Shown in pieces: positions 7,954 to 16,016 of a stretch of DNA of 45,936 bases. The stretch covers positions 1 through 45,936 of the forward strand of contig JBDLPW010000029.1 in the NCBI GenBank assembly GCA_039800905.1, in the 5' to 3' direction. Below the pieces are notes generated by a model that had not been told where the DNA came from, ran no database searches, and worked only from the letters and a program-made list of their open reading frames with translations. Position 1 is the stretch's first letter. Each line of letters begins with the position of its first letter. The stretch comes from Actinomycetota bacterium. Its GTDB lineage: Bacteria; Actinomycetota; Actinomycetes; Actinomycetales; Microbacteriaceae. Both the position numbers and the translations under genes were made by a program.

Positions 7954-10358
7954 GTGCACGATCAAGAGTATTGGCAGGTTTGAGCCTCCTCGCGGGGGGC
8001 GCCGTCCTCACCCTGTCTTCTGGGATAGTTCTTGTCACGGCATCCGCGCAAGCTTCAACTGTAGACGGAGAACCCGTCAGTGTGAACTGGGCGGATGCTC
8101 ATCCCGATTCTCACAGTGCAAACGCTGCATCCTTCGCAAACCTTGTTTTCAACGTTGACCAAACTGCGCACCTGGGGCACCAGGGAATCACGGTCTCCTG
8201 GGAAGGCGGCCTTCCGACGACGCCTAGTGAATACGGTGCGAACTTCATTCAAATCATGCAGTGTTGGGGTGACATTGCCGAGCCGACGCCAGATCAGTGT
8301 CAATGGGGAGCGCCCTCAACCACACTTCAGAATCTGGTTGGTTCTGGAGTTGCAACCCGCTCTGTTTCCGTCACTGACCCCGCGTTCGACCCTGCCACCA
8401 ACCAGGCTCTCCACGTCCCTGGTCAAGCTGAATCATCCTTTGCATACCCCTTCACGAGCGTGAATGGGGAAAGCACGTGGAACTACCTGTCCGTTTTCGA
8501 TTCGACCACAACCAACGAAGTCACTGCTGCTCGAACCGGACTTGATGGAACGGGGAGCGTGACGTTTGAAGTTCAAACTTCGCTTGATGCGCCACACCTC
8601 GGCTGCGGCGGGGAGGCCACGCAATCCGATGGCTCCACGTTTCCGCGAGCGTGCTGGTTGGTCATTGTCCCGCGCGGCTCAATTGACCCGGACGGAACCG
8701 ACTCGTCAACTTCTATTCCCCCGCGAATCACTCAGTCGCCGTTCAGCCCATCGGTGTGGCAAGACCGAGTGGTCATCCCGCTCAATTTTGAACCTGTCAG
8801 TCAGTCGTGTCCGATAGGTCAGTCGGAGCAACGTGTGCTCGGATCGGAAATCATCTCGGACGCTTTTACCTCGTGGCAGCCGGGACTGTGTGCGTCGGGA
8901 ACCACCTACGGATTCTCGATGATTGGTGACTCCGAAGCTCGAACCCAGATTGTCAGCACGGTGACAGGTTCTTCGCGGCTAGCGTTCGTCTCATCGCCAC
9001 TCAGCGAGGAACAATCTGCCGGCACCAAAATTGTCTACGCGCCGGTTGCGCGCAGTGCAATCGTGTTCGCGTACAACATCGACTACAACGTCACCGCGGA
9101 CGCCCCAGATGAAGTGTTTTCCAAAAATGGAACAAGATTGCACAACCTCGTTTTTAATCAGCGAATCGTTGCGAAACTTCTTACGCAGTCGTATCGCGCC
9201 GACAACCCCGGATTTGGAGCAGGGGATTCTGTCATTCAGGGCAATCCCAATTCAATAGTCGACGACCCAGAATTTGTTGCACTGAACCCCGATTTTGTGG
9301 CATGGAATAGTGCTGCACCGCAAGGGCTTCTCACTGCGCTTGGTTCATCGGACGCCTATGCCGACGTGTGGAAGTGGATTCGTTCATCGCCGTCAGCGGT
9401 GTCATTTTTGGGGGGAACTCCAGATGATTGGGGGATGCGAATCAATCCCGAATACCTTGCGTTGAATTTGGGCACCGGTGACGTCCCCGACAGTTTCCCG
9501 AAGGCCGACCTTTCAACCTTCGTGTCGACCGATGATCCGGCCGAACCTGGGTACGGGTCTCTAGACATGCGCCCGTATTACAACGATATGCAGGAAACCG
9601 CGTACCGAACACTTCGTGCGGACGGCAACGTCAAGACGAACTGGGATCCCTACAAGAACCCTCCGGGATACAGGGCTTTGCCCGCACAGGAACCTGGCTC
9701 GCGCATGATGATTTCTATCACGACTGCCTCGGCCGCGGCACGGTACGGGCTTGACGTTGCACGCATTACAAACGTGAACGGTGACAAAGTGTCGCCGAGT
9801 GACGATGCCATCGCCGCGGCGATTGCCCACTTCACGCCCTCAAACGTAGCGGGGGTGAAGATTGCAAATCCTTCCGGTCAAGAGGCTGACATCTACCCGT
9901 TAGCCGAATTGGTTTATGCGGCAATCAACGTCTGTTCCCTAGACAGCACGTCGGCGATGGCGTACCGAACGCTATTGAACTATTCCTCAACCGATGGTCA
10001 AGTTCAGGGTTCTGCACGCGGAATGCTTCCGGTCGGTTATGTGCCCATTTCTGCAGATGAGGCAAATGCTTCCAGTGCACTCGCGACAAGTCTTGGTTCT
10101 CTCTCGAGACTCAAGAAGGGCTGCACACTGACCACATCCAAATCAGATTCGTCGGTGACTTCATCTGGGAGCATTCCAGATGTAGCTCCCGCGCCTTCGC
10201 CCTCGTCCACGACTTCGGGTCCACAAACCGGACCGACCGTTGACCACCTCTCATGGGTGACATCGATCGCGGGAGCAGGCTTCCTTGCGGGAATCCCGAT
10301 GTGCGTCGCTGGACCACTGATGGTTAGACGCGCACGGAACTTGCGAGACAAACTTTAA
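7950..10358 (+). CDS. Large surface protein: N-terminal beta domain plus divergent PstS-like fold, C-terminal TM anchor
   Basis: Signal peptide (AQA). Segments parallel PstS: VYAPVARSAIVFAYNI, IVAKLLT, YPLAELVY, DGQ, GYVPI. S/P/T linker, TM helix and RRAR tail. Confidence 0.85.
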   Translation: MSARSRVLAGLSLLAGGAVLTLSSGIVLVTASAQASTVDGEPVSVNWADAHPDSHSANAASFANLVFNVDQTAHLGHQGITVSWEGGLPTTPSEYGANFIQIMQCWGDIAEPTPDQCQWGAPSTTLQNLVGSGVATRSVSVTDPAFDPATNQALHVPGQAESSFAYPFTSVNGESTWNYLSVFDSTTTNEVTAARTGLDGTGSVTFEVQTSLDAPHLGCGGEATQSDGSTFPRACWLVIVPRGSIDPDGTDSSTSIPPRITQSPFSPSVWQDRVVIPLNFEPVSQSCPIGQSEQRVLGSEIISDAFTSWQPGLCASGTTYGFSMIGDSEARTQIVSTVTGSSRLAFVSSPLSEEQSAGTKIVYAPVARSAIVFAYNIDYNVTADAPDEVFSKNGTRLHNLVFNQRIVAKLLTQSYRADNPGFGAGDSVIQGNPNSIVDDPEFVALNPDFVAWNSAAPQGLLTALGSSDAYADVWKWIRSSPSAVSFLGGTPDDWGMRINPEYLALNLGTGDVPDSFPKADLSTFVSTDDPAEPGYGSLDMRPYYNDMQETAYRTLRADGNVKTNWDPYKNPPGYRALPAQEPGSRMMISITTASAAARYGLDVARITNVNGDKVSPSDDAIAAAIAHFTPSNVAGVKIANPSGQEADIYPLAELVYAAINVCSLDSTSAMAYRTLLNYSSTDGQVQGSARGMLPVGYVPISADEANASSALATSLGSLSRLKKGCTLTTSKSDSSVTSSGSIPDVAPAPSPSSTTSGPQTGPTVDHLSWVTSIAGAGFLAGIPMCVAGPLMVRRARNLRDKL

Positions 10359-10364
10359 GCATCC

Positions 10365-10386
10365 TGCTACCTGTTGTTCACCTCAA
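10365..10386 (+). promoter_or_regulatory. Possible PHO-like repeat in internal intergenic region
   Basis: TGCTACCTGTT / GTTCACCTCAA. Exact GTTCACC at 10376, in the first sizeable gap of the operon. Confidence 0.3.
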
Positions 10387-10474
10387 GGACGCTTGCCATT
10401 AAATCTGAGTCCGTAGCTTCACAAATGGACATCTCTTGATTTCCATTGACAACCGTGAAAGGACCACAACCACC

Positions 10475-13261
10475 ATGAAGGTGACCTTCATGACGAAGAT
10501 TGCAACGTGCATCAGCCTGGCTGCTGTTACGACTGCAGGACTTGTCACAATGCCCGCATTTGCGGATCCAGTTGCAACCTCAAACACCGCACTCGTCGGT
10601 GTCGGATCGGACACCACGATGGATGTGATGGATGAAATCGCTACCGCAATCGGTGGCGGCAAACTCGCCTCATACAAGTCGACTGGAACGCAGACCATCC
10701 AGACGCGCTCGTATGATGGTGCGCCTACCAACGTTCTTCGGGCAAAGGGCTCTGGTGACGGTTGGAAGATGCTTCAAGTTGCCGAAGGCGCGACGACGTC
10801 CTTGTCGACAGTGGCAACCATGTCGACAAGCAACCAAACGGCCAACAAAGCAAATACTGTCGGCCAAATTGACTACGCGCGCGCATCGAGCAAGCAAGGA
10901 ACGGCAAGCACCACTGGTGAATTTGTCAACATTCCATTCGCGATCGACTCTGTAGCGTTGGCTGTCAATCCCACCGACGCAGTGGCAAAGATTCCTTTCA
11001 CAGGTGTCGGAGCGAATACCGACTCCGCAACGATGCCGACTCTTAAGTCTGTGTTCCAGTGCAAGGCAAAATACGTCTACCTCAACAACGTCACCATCGG
11101 TGATGTTTCAACGACCGACGGAAGCAGCACACTGACTCTGGCCGGGCACGGTCTTGTAGTCGGAGACACCTTCACGGTGTCCTCGAGTGCCGGCGGATTC
11201 TCGGCTGGGACAAAGTACTACGTGAAGACGGTACCCACCTCGGGAACCTTCACGGCGTCGACGTCAAAGGGAGGCTTAGCTATCTCCGCGAGCGCAGACG
11301 CAACACTCGCAGTGACTAAGACCTCAGGAACGTACAACTCGGTTGGCGCATCGTCTGGTGATGCGCCGGCAGGGACCACCGCGTTCGCAATCTCTCCGCT
11401 CATCCCGGCGTATGGCTCTGGCACAGCCTCCTACTTCCTCGGCAAAGTCGGGCAAACCGAATCTTCAGGTTTCCCAGCCGCCGGTGACGCGACGCAAAAC
11501 TGTATTTCGCGTAAGTTCCTGGACGGTTCGACCAACATCCAAGAGCACGACGGCGCAGCGGTCGCTGAACGTGAAAACGCCATCGGAATCTACTCGATCG
11601 GACAATGGACGTCGCAGACCAACTACGCAACTACTGGTGCGACGAACAAGACCAACGGTGTCGTCCTGCTCGACATGTTCCCCGTCTCGGGCCAGATTGC
11701 AGCAACCACTGGTTCGGGCGCTTCCCTCGCTCCGAACGAAAACTGGGATGCAAACCTCAAGCGAGTCGTGTACAACATCGTCGCCTACCGTAAGGCAGTC
11801 GACCCTAACTCTGCAATTCACGAGATGTTCGTCGGCACGAACTCGCTTGTTTGCCAGCAGACCTACTCGATCCGCAAGATGGGCTTCACCCCGCTCAGCT
11901 CAACCGACCCCAACAACGTCAACTCGTGTGGCTCGATAGCTGACGGTAACCGTACTACCGCGGGTAGCGACGGTCAAGCAGTCACGGGCGCATCAATCAC
12001 CAACATTTCGGCAACGACAACTGACATCGGTGATGCGGTCACCGCACTTGTCAAGGTCGGAACCTCCAACCACCAGATGGGTGGTCGTGTGATTGTCACG
12101 GACAACGCTGTATACGGCGCGGCAGGTGCACACATCCTCGGATATGTGGATGTTGCTGCAGGAGTCGCGGGTGACGCGCAAACCGAGATCAGTATCACGC
12201 CTACCAGCGCCGGTACTGTCGCGCTCTATGCCTACTTTGTTCCGGCACTAGGCGGTATCAAGGTCACCGCGTTGGCCGCCGACGGCACAGCTTCTGTGTG
12301 GACCAACAACATCACCGTAACCACGCCGTCCTCGCTCGCGCTATCTATCAAGAAGCCCGCAAAGATCGGTGGAACAGTGCGTGTGGTGGCTGTTGTTACC
12401 TCGGATCTTGCTCCCGGTGGAACGATTACCCTCAAGGACGCCTCGAACGACGCAACTATTGCGACGGACGCGTTGGACGAAGATGAGACGGCCGGAGTGA
12501 TTACGTTCACGCAGACAAAGGCAAATGCGTCGGTGTACGCAACCTTTACGCCCAACGGAAGTGCTGTTACCGGTAGTACGTCGAGCACCCGCTCGTGGTC
12601 GCTGACCAAGCTCACCCCGTCCATGTCTGTCGCCATTGGCGCTGCGCCGAGTGGCCTCGTTGCGGGAGTTTCGCCCGTGTTTGCTGTCGCTTCCAAGAAC
12701 CTAGTTCGAGCAGCGACGGTCAATGCGTCAACTGACGTCATCACTCTCGCGGCCCACGGGCTCGTTGCCGGTGATCAAGTGACATTTGCGTCAAGCACGA
12801 CCGCGCCGGCTCCAGCAACCAAGGTAGCGACGTACTACGTCATCGCGTCCGGTCTCACCGCTGGTGCTTTCAAGGTCTCGGCGACGCTAGGCGGTGCCGC
12901 TGTGAACTTCACCGCGGCCGGTTCGACAGTGAAGGTTACTTCACAGAATGTGGCGCCGAAGTTCACGTTGACCATGGCAGCGACCGACACTTCGGTCACG
13001 CTTAAGCCGACGGGAAGTTCATCGAACATCCACGTGTTCTACGGATCGACGAGCAACGCCCGCACAACTGAAATCACGAGCACAGTATCAGTGTCGAGTG
13101 GCGTCGCGACGATCACCTTAGATCGCGCTTCGCTGTACGCGGCGACGGGTACCTTGACTACCACCGCGGTGACCAAGTACCTCACCTTCGTCTACGACGG
13201 TGACGACGCGTTCAATAGCACGGCGTTCCTGTCCAAGGCAGTGCAGTTCAAGCTGCAGTAG
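10475..13261 (+). CDS. Large secreted protein: PstS-like domain, Ig-like domains and two HGL-GD-YYV modules
   Basis: RBS GAAAGGA; signal peptide AFA-DP; VGVGSDTT, GSGDG, IDYARASS, IPFAID, GSGT. T/S/A-rich beta domains ending YDGDDAFNST (Ig-like). No C-terminal TM. Confidence 0.88.
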   Translation: MKVTFMTKIATCISLAAVTTAGLVTMPAFADPVATSNTALVGVGSDTTMDVMDEIATAIGGGKLASYKSTGTQTIQTRSYDGAPTNVLRAKGSGDGWKMLQVAEGATTSLSTVATMSTSNQTANKANTVGQIDYARASSKQGTASTTGEFVNIPFAIDSVALAVNPTDAVAKIPFTGVGANTDSATMPTLKSVFQCKAKYVYLNNVTIGDVSTTDGSSTLTLAGHGLVVGDTFTVSSSAGGFSAGTKYYVKTVPTSGTFTASTSKGGLAISASADATLAVTKTSGTYNSVGASSGDAPAGTTAFAISPLIPAYGSGTASYFLGKVGQTESSGFPAAGDATQNCISRKFLDGSTNIQEHDGAAVAERENAIGIYSIGQWTSQTNYATTGATNKTNGVVLLDMFPVSGQIAATTGSGASLAPNENWDANLKRVVYNIVAYRKAVDPNSAIHEMFVGTNSLVCQQTYSIRKMGFTPLSSTDPNNVNSCGSIADGNRTTAGSDGQAVTGASITNISATTTDIGDAVTALVKVGTSNHQMGGRVIVTDNAVYGAAGAHILGYVDVAAGVAGDAQTEISITPTSAGTVALYAYFVPALGGIKVTALAADGTASVWTNNITVTTPSSLALSIKKPAKIGGTVRVVAVVTSDLAPGGTITLKDASNDATIATDALDEDETAGVITFTQTKANASVYATFTPNGSAVTGSTSSTRSWSLTKLTPSMSVAIGAAPSGLVAGVSPVFAVASKNLVRAATVNASTDVITLAAHGLVAGDQVTFASSTTAPAPATKVATYYVIASGLTAGAFKVSATLGGAAVNFTAAGSTVKVTSQNVAPKFTLTMAATDTSVTLKPTGSSSNIHVFYGSTSNARTTEITSTVSVSSGVATITLDRASLYAATGTLTTTAVTKYLTFVYDGDDAFNSTAFLSKAVQFKLQ

Positions 13262-13280
13262 CATCACACGCATCACTCAA

Positions 13281-13320
13281 GGTGCGGGCGTCATTCTCCA
13301 CAACGAATGGCGCCCGCACC
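13281..13320 (+). terminator. 16-bp hairpin (terminator or mRNA stabiliser)
   Basis: GGTGCGGGCGTCATTC-N8-GAATGGCGCCCGCACC with one G-U pair and no U tract. Confidence 0.75.
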
Positions 13321-13351
13321 ATCACCACAGTTAACGGGAGATACACAACAT

Positions 13352-14422
13352 ATGTCCGAACGCAACAGGCAGGATTTGGACACCGGCCCCGACGGGCACA
13401 TTCGTCACCGGCTTGTAGAACGCGCACGTTTTTTGTGGAAGAAATTTGTCCCCGAATTTCGAAAGTTTGCGTTATCGATTGGTGTCGACCTCACGCAAAA
13501 ACGAAATGTTGAAGTTGGCCCACCACCTCTCGAGCATGATGCGCGCCCAGCTTCTCAGTCGATGCCGGTCCTCAGCGGAAGTGCCCGGCTTGAATACGGA
13601 GGCCTAGCACTGACCACTGCAGGCGCACTCTTGACGGCTTTCGTGGTCCAGTTGCTGATCTTGTCACCCATATTTTTCTTCAAACAGCAACAACTGCTCT
13701 TTGATGATTTCAGATTTCAACTTGCTAACGCGACGGCGCCAGTGGGCCAGGTCGATCAAAACGATCTGTTGGTTGAACCCGGCACCCCTGTTGCTCTCTT
13801 GTCGGCGCCTGACATCAATATGAACGTCGTCGTCGTCGAAGGCACATCGTCAACGGAACTGATGTCCGGACCGGGTCATCGCCGCGATTCCCCTTTGCCT
13901 GGTCAAGCCGGCACCTCGGTAATTTACGGCCGCCAATTTTCCTATGGAGGTCCGTTCGGGCGTATCGGTGAATTGGAAATTGGGTCAACGATCACGGTAA
14001 CAACGGGTCAAGGTAAATCGACTTACTCGGTTTACGACATTAGATATTCGGGCGATCCTCTGCCTGAATCCGCAAGCTCTGGAGGCCGCTTGACATTGGT
14101 GTCGGCGGCTGGCATTCCGCTAATGCCCAACACCGTTGTGAGGGTCGATGCAAAACTGACATCGGCACCTCACGTCACGCCCGCGCAAATGTTCAGCATC
14201 GAATCGCTCGACGATTCTGAAGCCCCACTCGCTGGGGATATCGGGGCACTAACGGTGCTCGCGTTGGAGCTGGTTCTCACTTGCGGGGTTGTTTTTCTGA
14301 CAGGCTTATCGCTCCGATATTGGGGCATTCGCCAAACGTGGGTAGTCGCATTACCGGTGGTCCTCGCGCTGGGTATTTCACTGTCCATCCAAACATCTGC
14401 CGTACTCCCGAATTTGCTGTAA
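13352..14422 (+). CDS. Sortase-fold membrane protein with degenerate active site (pseudo-sortase)
   Basis: [34 protein letters not shown] and RLTLV match class D/E sortases. GHR is replaced by GRQ and TLxTC by TLVSA. One N-terminal TM and two C-terminal TMs. Confidence 0.88.
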   Translation: MSERNRQDLDTGPDGHIRHRLVERARFLWKKFVPEFRKFALSIGVDLTQKRNVEVGPPPLEHDARPASQSMPVLSGSARLEYGGLALTTAGALLTAFVVQLLILSPIFFFKQQQLLFDDFRFQLANATAPVGQVDQNDLLVEPGTPVALLSAPDINMNVVVVEGTSSTELMSGPGHRRDSPLPGQAGTSVIYGRQFSYGGPFGRIGELEIGSTITVTTGQGKSTYSVYDIRYSGDPLPESASSGGRLTLVSAAGIPLMPNTVVRVDAKLTSAPHVTPAQMFSIESLDDSEAPLAGDIGALTVLALELVLTCGVVFLTGLSLRYWGIRQTWVVALPVVLALGISLSIQTSAVLPNLL

Positions 14423-14447
14423 AACGAAAACGACTAAGGACGCAATT

Positions 14448-15305
14448 GTGTCAAAGAACGACAACACCCCTACGAGTAAATTGCCGGCTGACTTGACGAA
14501 GGTCTCATCTGGTAAAAAAAATGCACCCGAAATTCCGGCTCTCGAGGCACTGAACGTGTCTGCGTGGTTCGGAAACCACAAGGTACTCGAACAAGTCAGC
14601 TTGGTCATGCCTAGAGGCAAAGTGACTGCTCTTATTGGGCCATCTGGATGCGGAAAGAGTACCTTCCTACGCACTCTCAACCGCATGCACGAATTGGTGC
14701 CGGGGGCACAATTCGCCGGCGAAGTTCTTCTCGATGGCTATGACATATACGAACCGTCGCGACGAATCACGGACGCGCGTCGAAACATCGGGATGGTTTT
14801 CCAAAAGCCAAACCCGTTCCCCGCTATGAGCATCCACGACAACGTGTTGTCGGGTCTAGCGTTGACCGGTCAAAAGGTAGAAAAGTCTGTCCGTGACGAC
14901 ATTGTCGAAGAATGTTTAACAAAGGCCGGTTTGTGGAAAGAAGTGAAGGATCGACTCGAACAGCCAGGCGGTGGACTTTCTGGCGGACAACAACAACGAA
15001 TGTGCATTGCGCGGTCGCTCGCCGTCAAGCCGCGCGTTTTACTCATGGACGAACCGTGTTCAGCACTTGACCCGACTTCGACCCGACGAATTGAAGAGAC
15101 CATCATCGAGTTGGCATCGGAAGTGACAATCGTCATCGTGACGCACAATATGCAGCAAGCCGCAAGAGTATCCGATAAGACCGCGTTCTTTCTTGCTGAA
15201 CAGGGAACACCTGGGGCAATCGTCGAATTCGGCCCCACTAAAGACATGTTTGAATTTCCGAAGGATGAGCGAACCCTCGCCTACGTCAACGGACGTTTCG
15301 GATAG
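14448..15305 (+). CDS. pstB: Phosphate ABC transporter ATPase PstB
   Basis: [53 protein letters not shown]. Confidence 0.97.
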   Translation: MSKNDNTPTSKLPADLTKVSSGKKNAPEIPALEALNVSAWFGNHKVLEQVSLVMPRGKVTALIGPSGCGKSTFLRTLNRMHELVPGAQFAGEVLLDGYDIYEPSRRITDARRNIGMVFQKPNPFPAMSIHDNVLSGLALTGQKVEKSVRDDIVEECLTKAGLWKEVKDRLEQPGGGLSGGQQQRMCIARSLAVKPRVLLMDEPCSALDPTSTRRIEETIIELASEVTIVIVTHNMQQAARVSDKTAFFLAEQGTPGAIVEFGPTKDMFEFPKDERTLAYVNGRFG

Positions 15306-15314
15306 GTCAAACGC

Positions 15315-15887
15315 ATGTCGGTGACTGGCAAAGCTAAAGAAAAGGCGTATGACTATCGGGGCATTTATCAGGCTCTAGTCGGGCGATTCACCGAAGCGTT
15401 AGAAATTGATGAGAACGGTGACTTCCCTAGATTGTCAATTACACGCTTTGCCCAACTAGTCGCCTCGGATGATGGGGATCAGCAGGGGCTCTCCGCCGAA
15501 TCGCTTTCAGGAGCCATTTGGCGGATCTTGATTATTGATGCTCTTATCAACACGGATGAGGAATTTGCGGTCGATGCATTTGTCGCGGGAGTGTCCAGGT
15601 TGTCAAGGGGTGACGATAGTTTTGCCATTACGGCGAAATTGTGTGACCCATATTCTTTCCATCAGATTGCTGGCATGATTCGAAATGGAAAACCTGTTGA
15701 ACACTTCGATGAGGCACTCACTCGTGCATCGACCTTTTGTCGAATCGAATCGCGCGGAATCACCGAACTAGTGGGTCGCAGTGATGATGGGCAAAGTGAA
15801 TTGTTAGATATCGCCTTTACCTTGACGGAACTTGCATCGGAATTGCGTCTCTGTGCGAATCTGGAACGTGCGGGGCAGTTGCTCTAA
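15315..15887 (+). CDS. Divergent paralogue of 3335..3952 (copy 2)
   Basis: SLSGAIWRI vs SLPGALWRL; RASTFCRIESRGITELVGRS vs RAAAYCRIEARGVTDIIGRS; matching C-termini. Confidence 0.8.
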   Translation: MSVTGKAKEKAYDYRGIYQALVGRFTEALEIDENGDFPRLSITRFAQLVASDDGDQQGLSAESLSGAIWRILIIDALINTDEEFAVDAFVAGVSRLSRGDDSFAITAKLCDPYSFHQIAGMIRNGKPVEHFDEALTRASTFCRIESRGITELVGRSDDGQSELLDIAFTLTELASELRLCANLERAGQLL

Positions 15888-15925
15888 GCGGGAATAACTG
15901 TGCGACGCGCGTGGTTACACTAATC

Positions 15926-16014
15926 GTGTCGGGTCGCGCGGATACCCCGGGTCCCAACTAAAACTGCCGCTGCGAGTGGCCACGTGCCGAGAGGCGTAAC
16001 CCGCGGCCCGACAC
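15926..16014 (+). ncRNA. Candidate structured small RNA (89 nt), family not recognised
   Basis: 13-bp closing stem GTGTCGGGTCGCG/CGCGGCCCGACAC. Internal hairpins GCCGCT-GCG-AGTGGC and GTGCC-GAGA-GGCGT (GNRA loop). TACACT -10 box at 15916-15921. Confidence 0.65.
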
Positions 16015-16016
16015 CC

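Noticed and set aside
13261-13278. GCATCACAC-GCATCACTC short tandem repeat
   Set aside because: Only two imperfect 9-nt units; not a CRISPR or meaningful array
13352-14422. Sortase pseudogene
   Set aside because: Frame is intact with RBS and conserved structural motifs; changes are concentrated at catalytic positions
15926-16014. tRNA, SRP RNA, 6C RNA or simple terminator
   Set aside because: No TTCRA T-loop or 7-nt anticodon loop, no SRP CAGG-GRAA-AGCA core, no paired C-run loops, and too branched for a terminator
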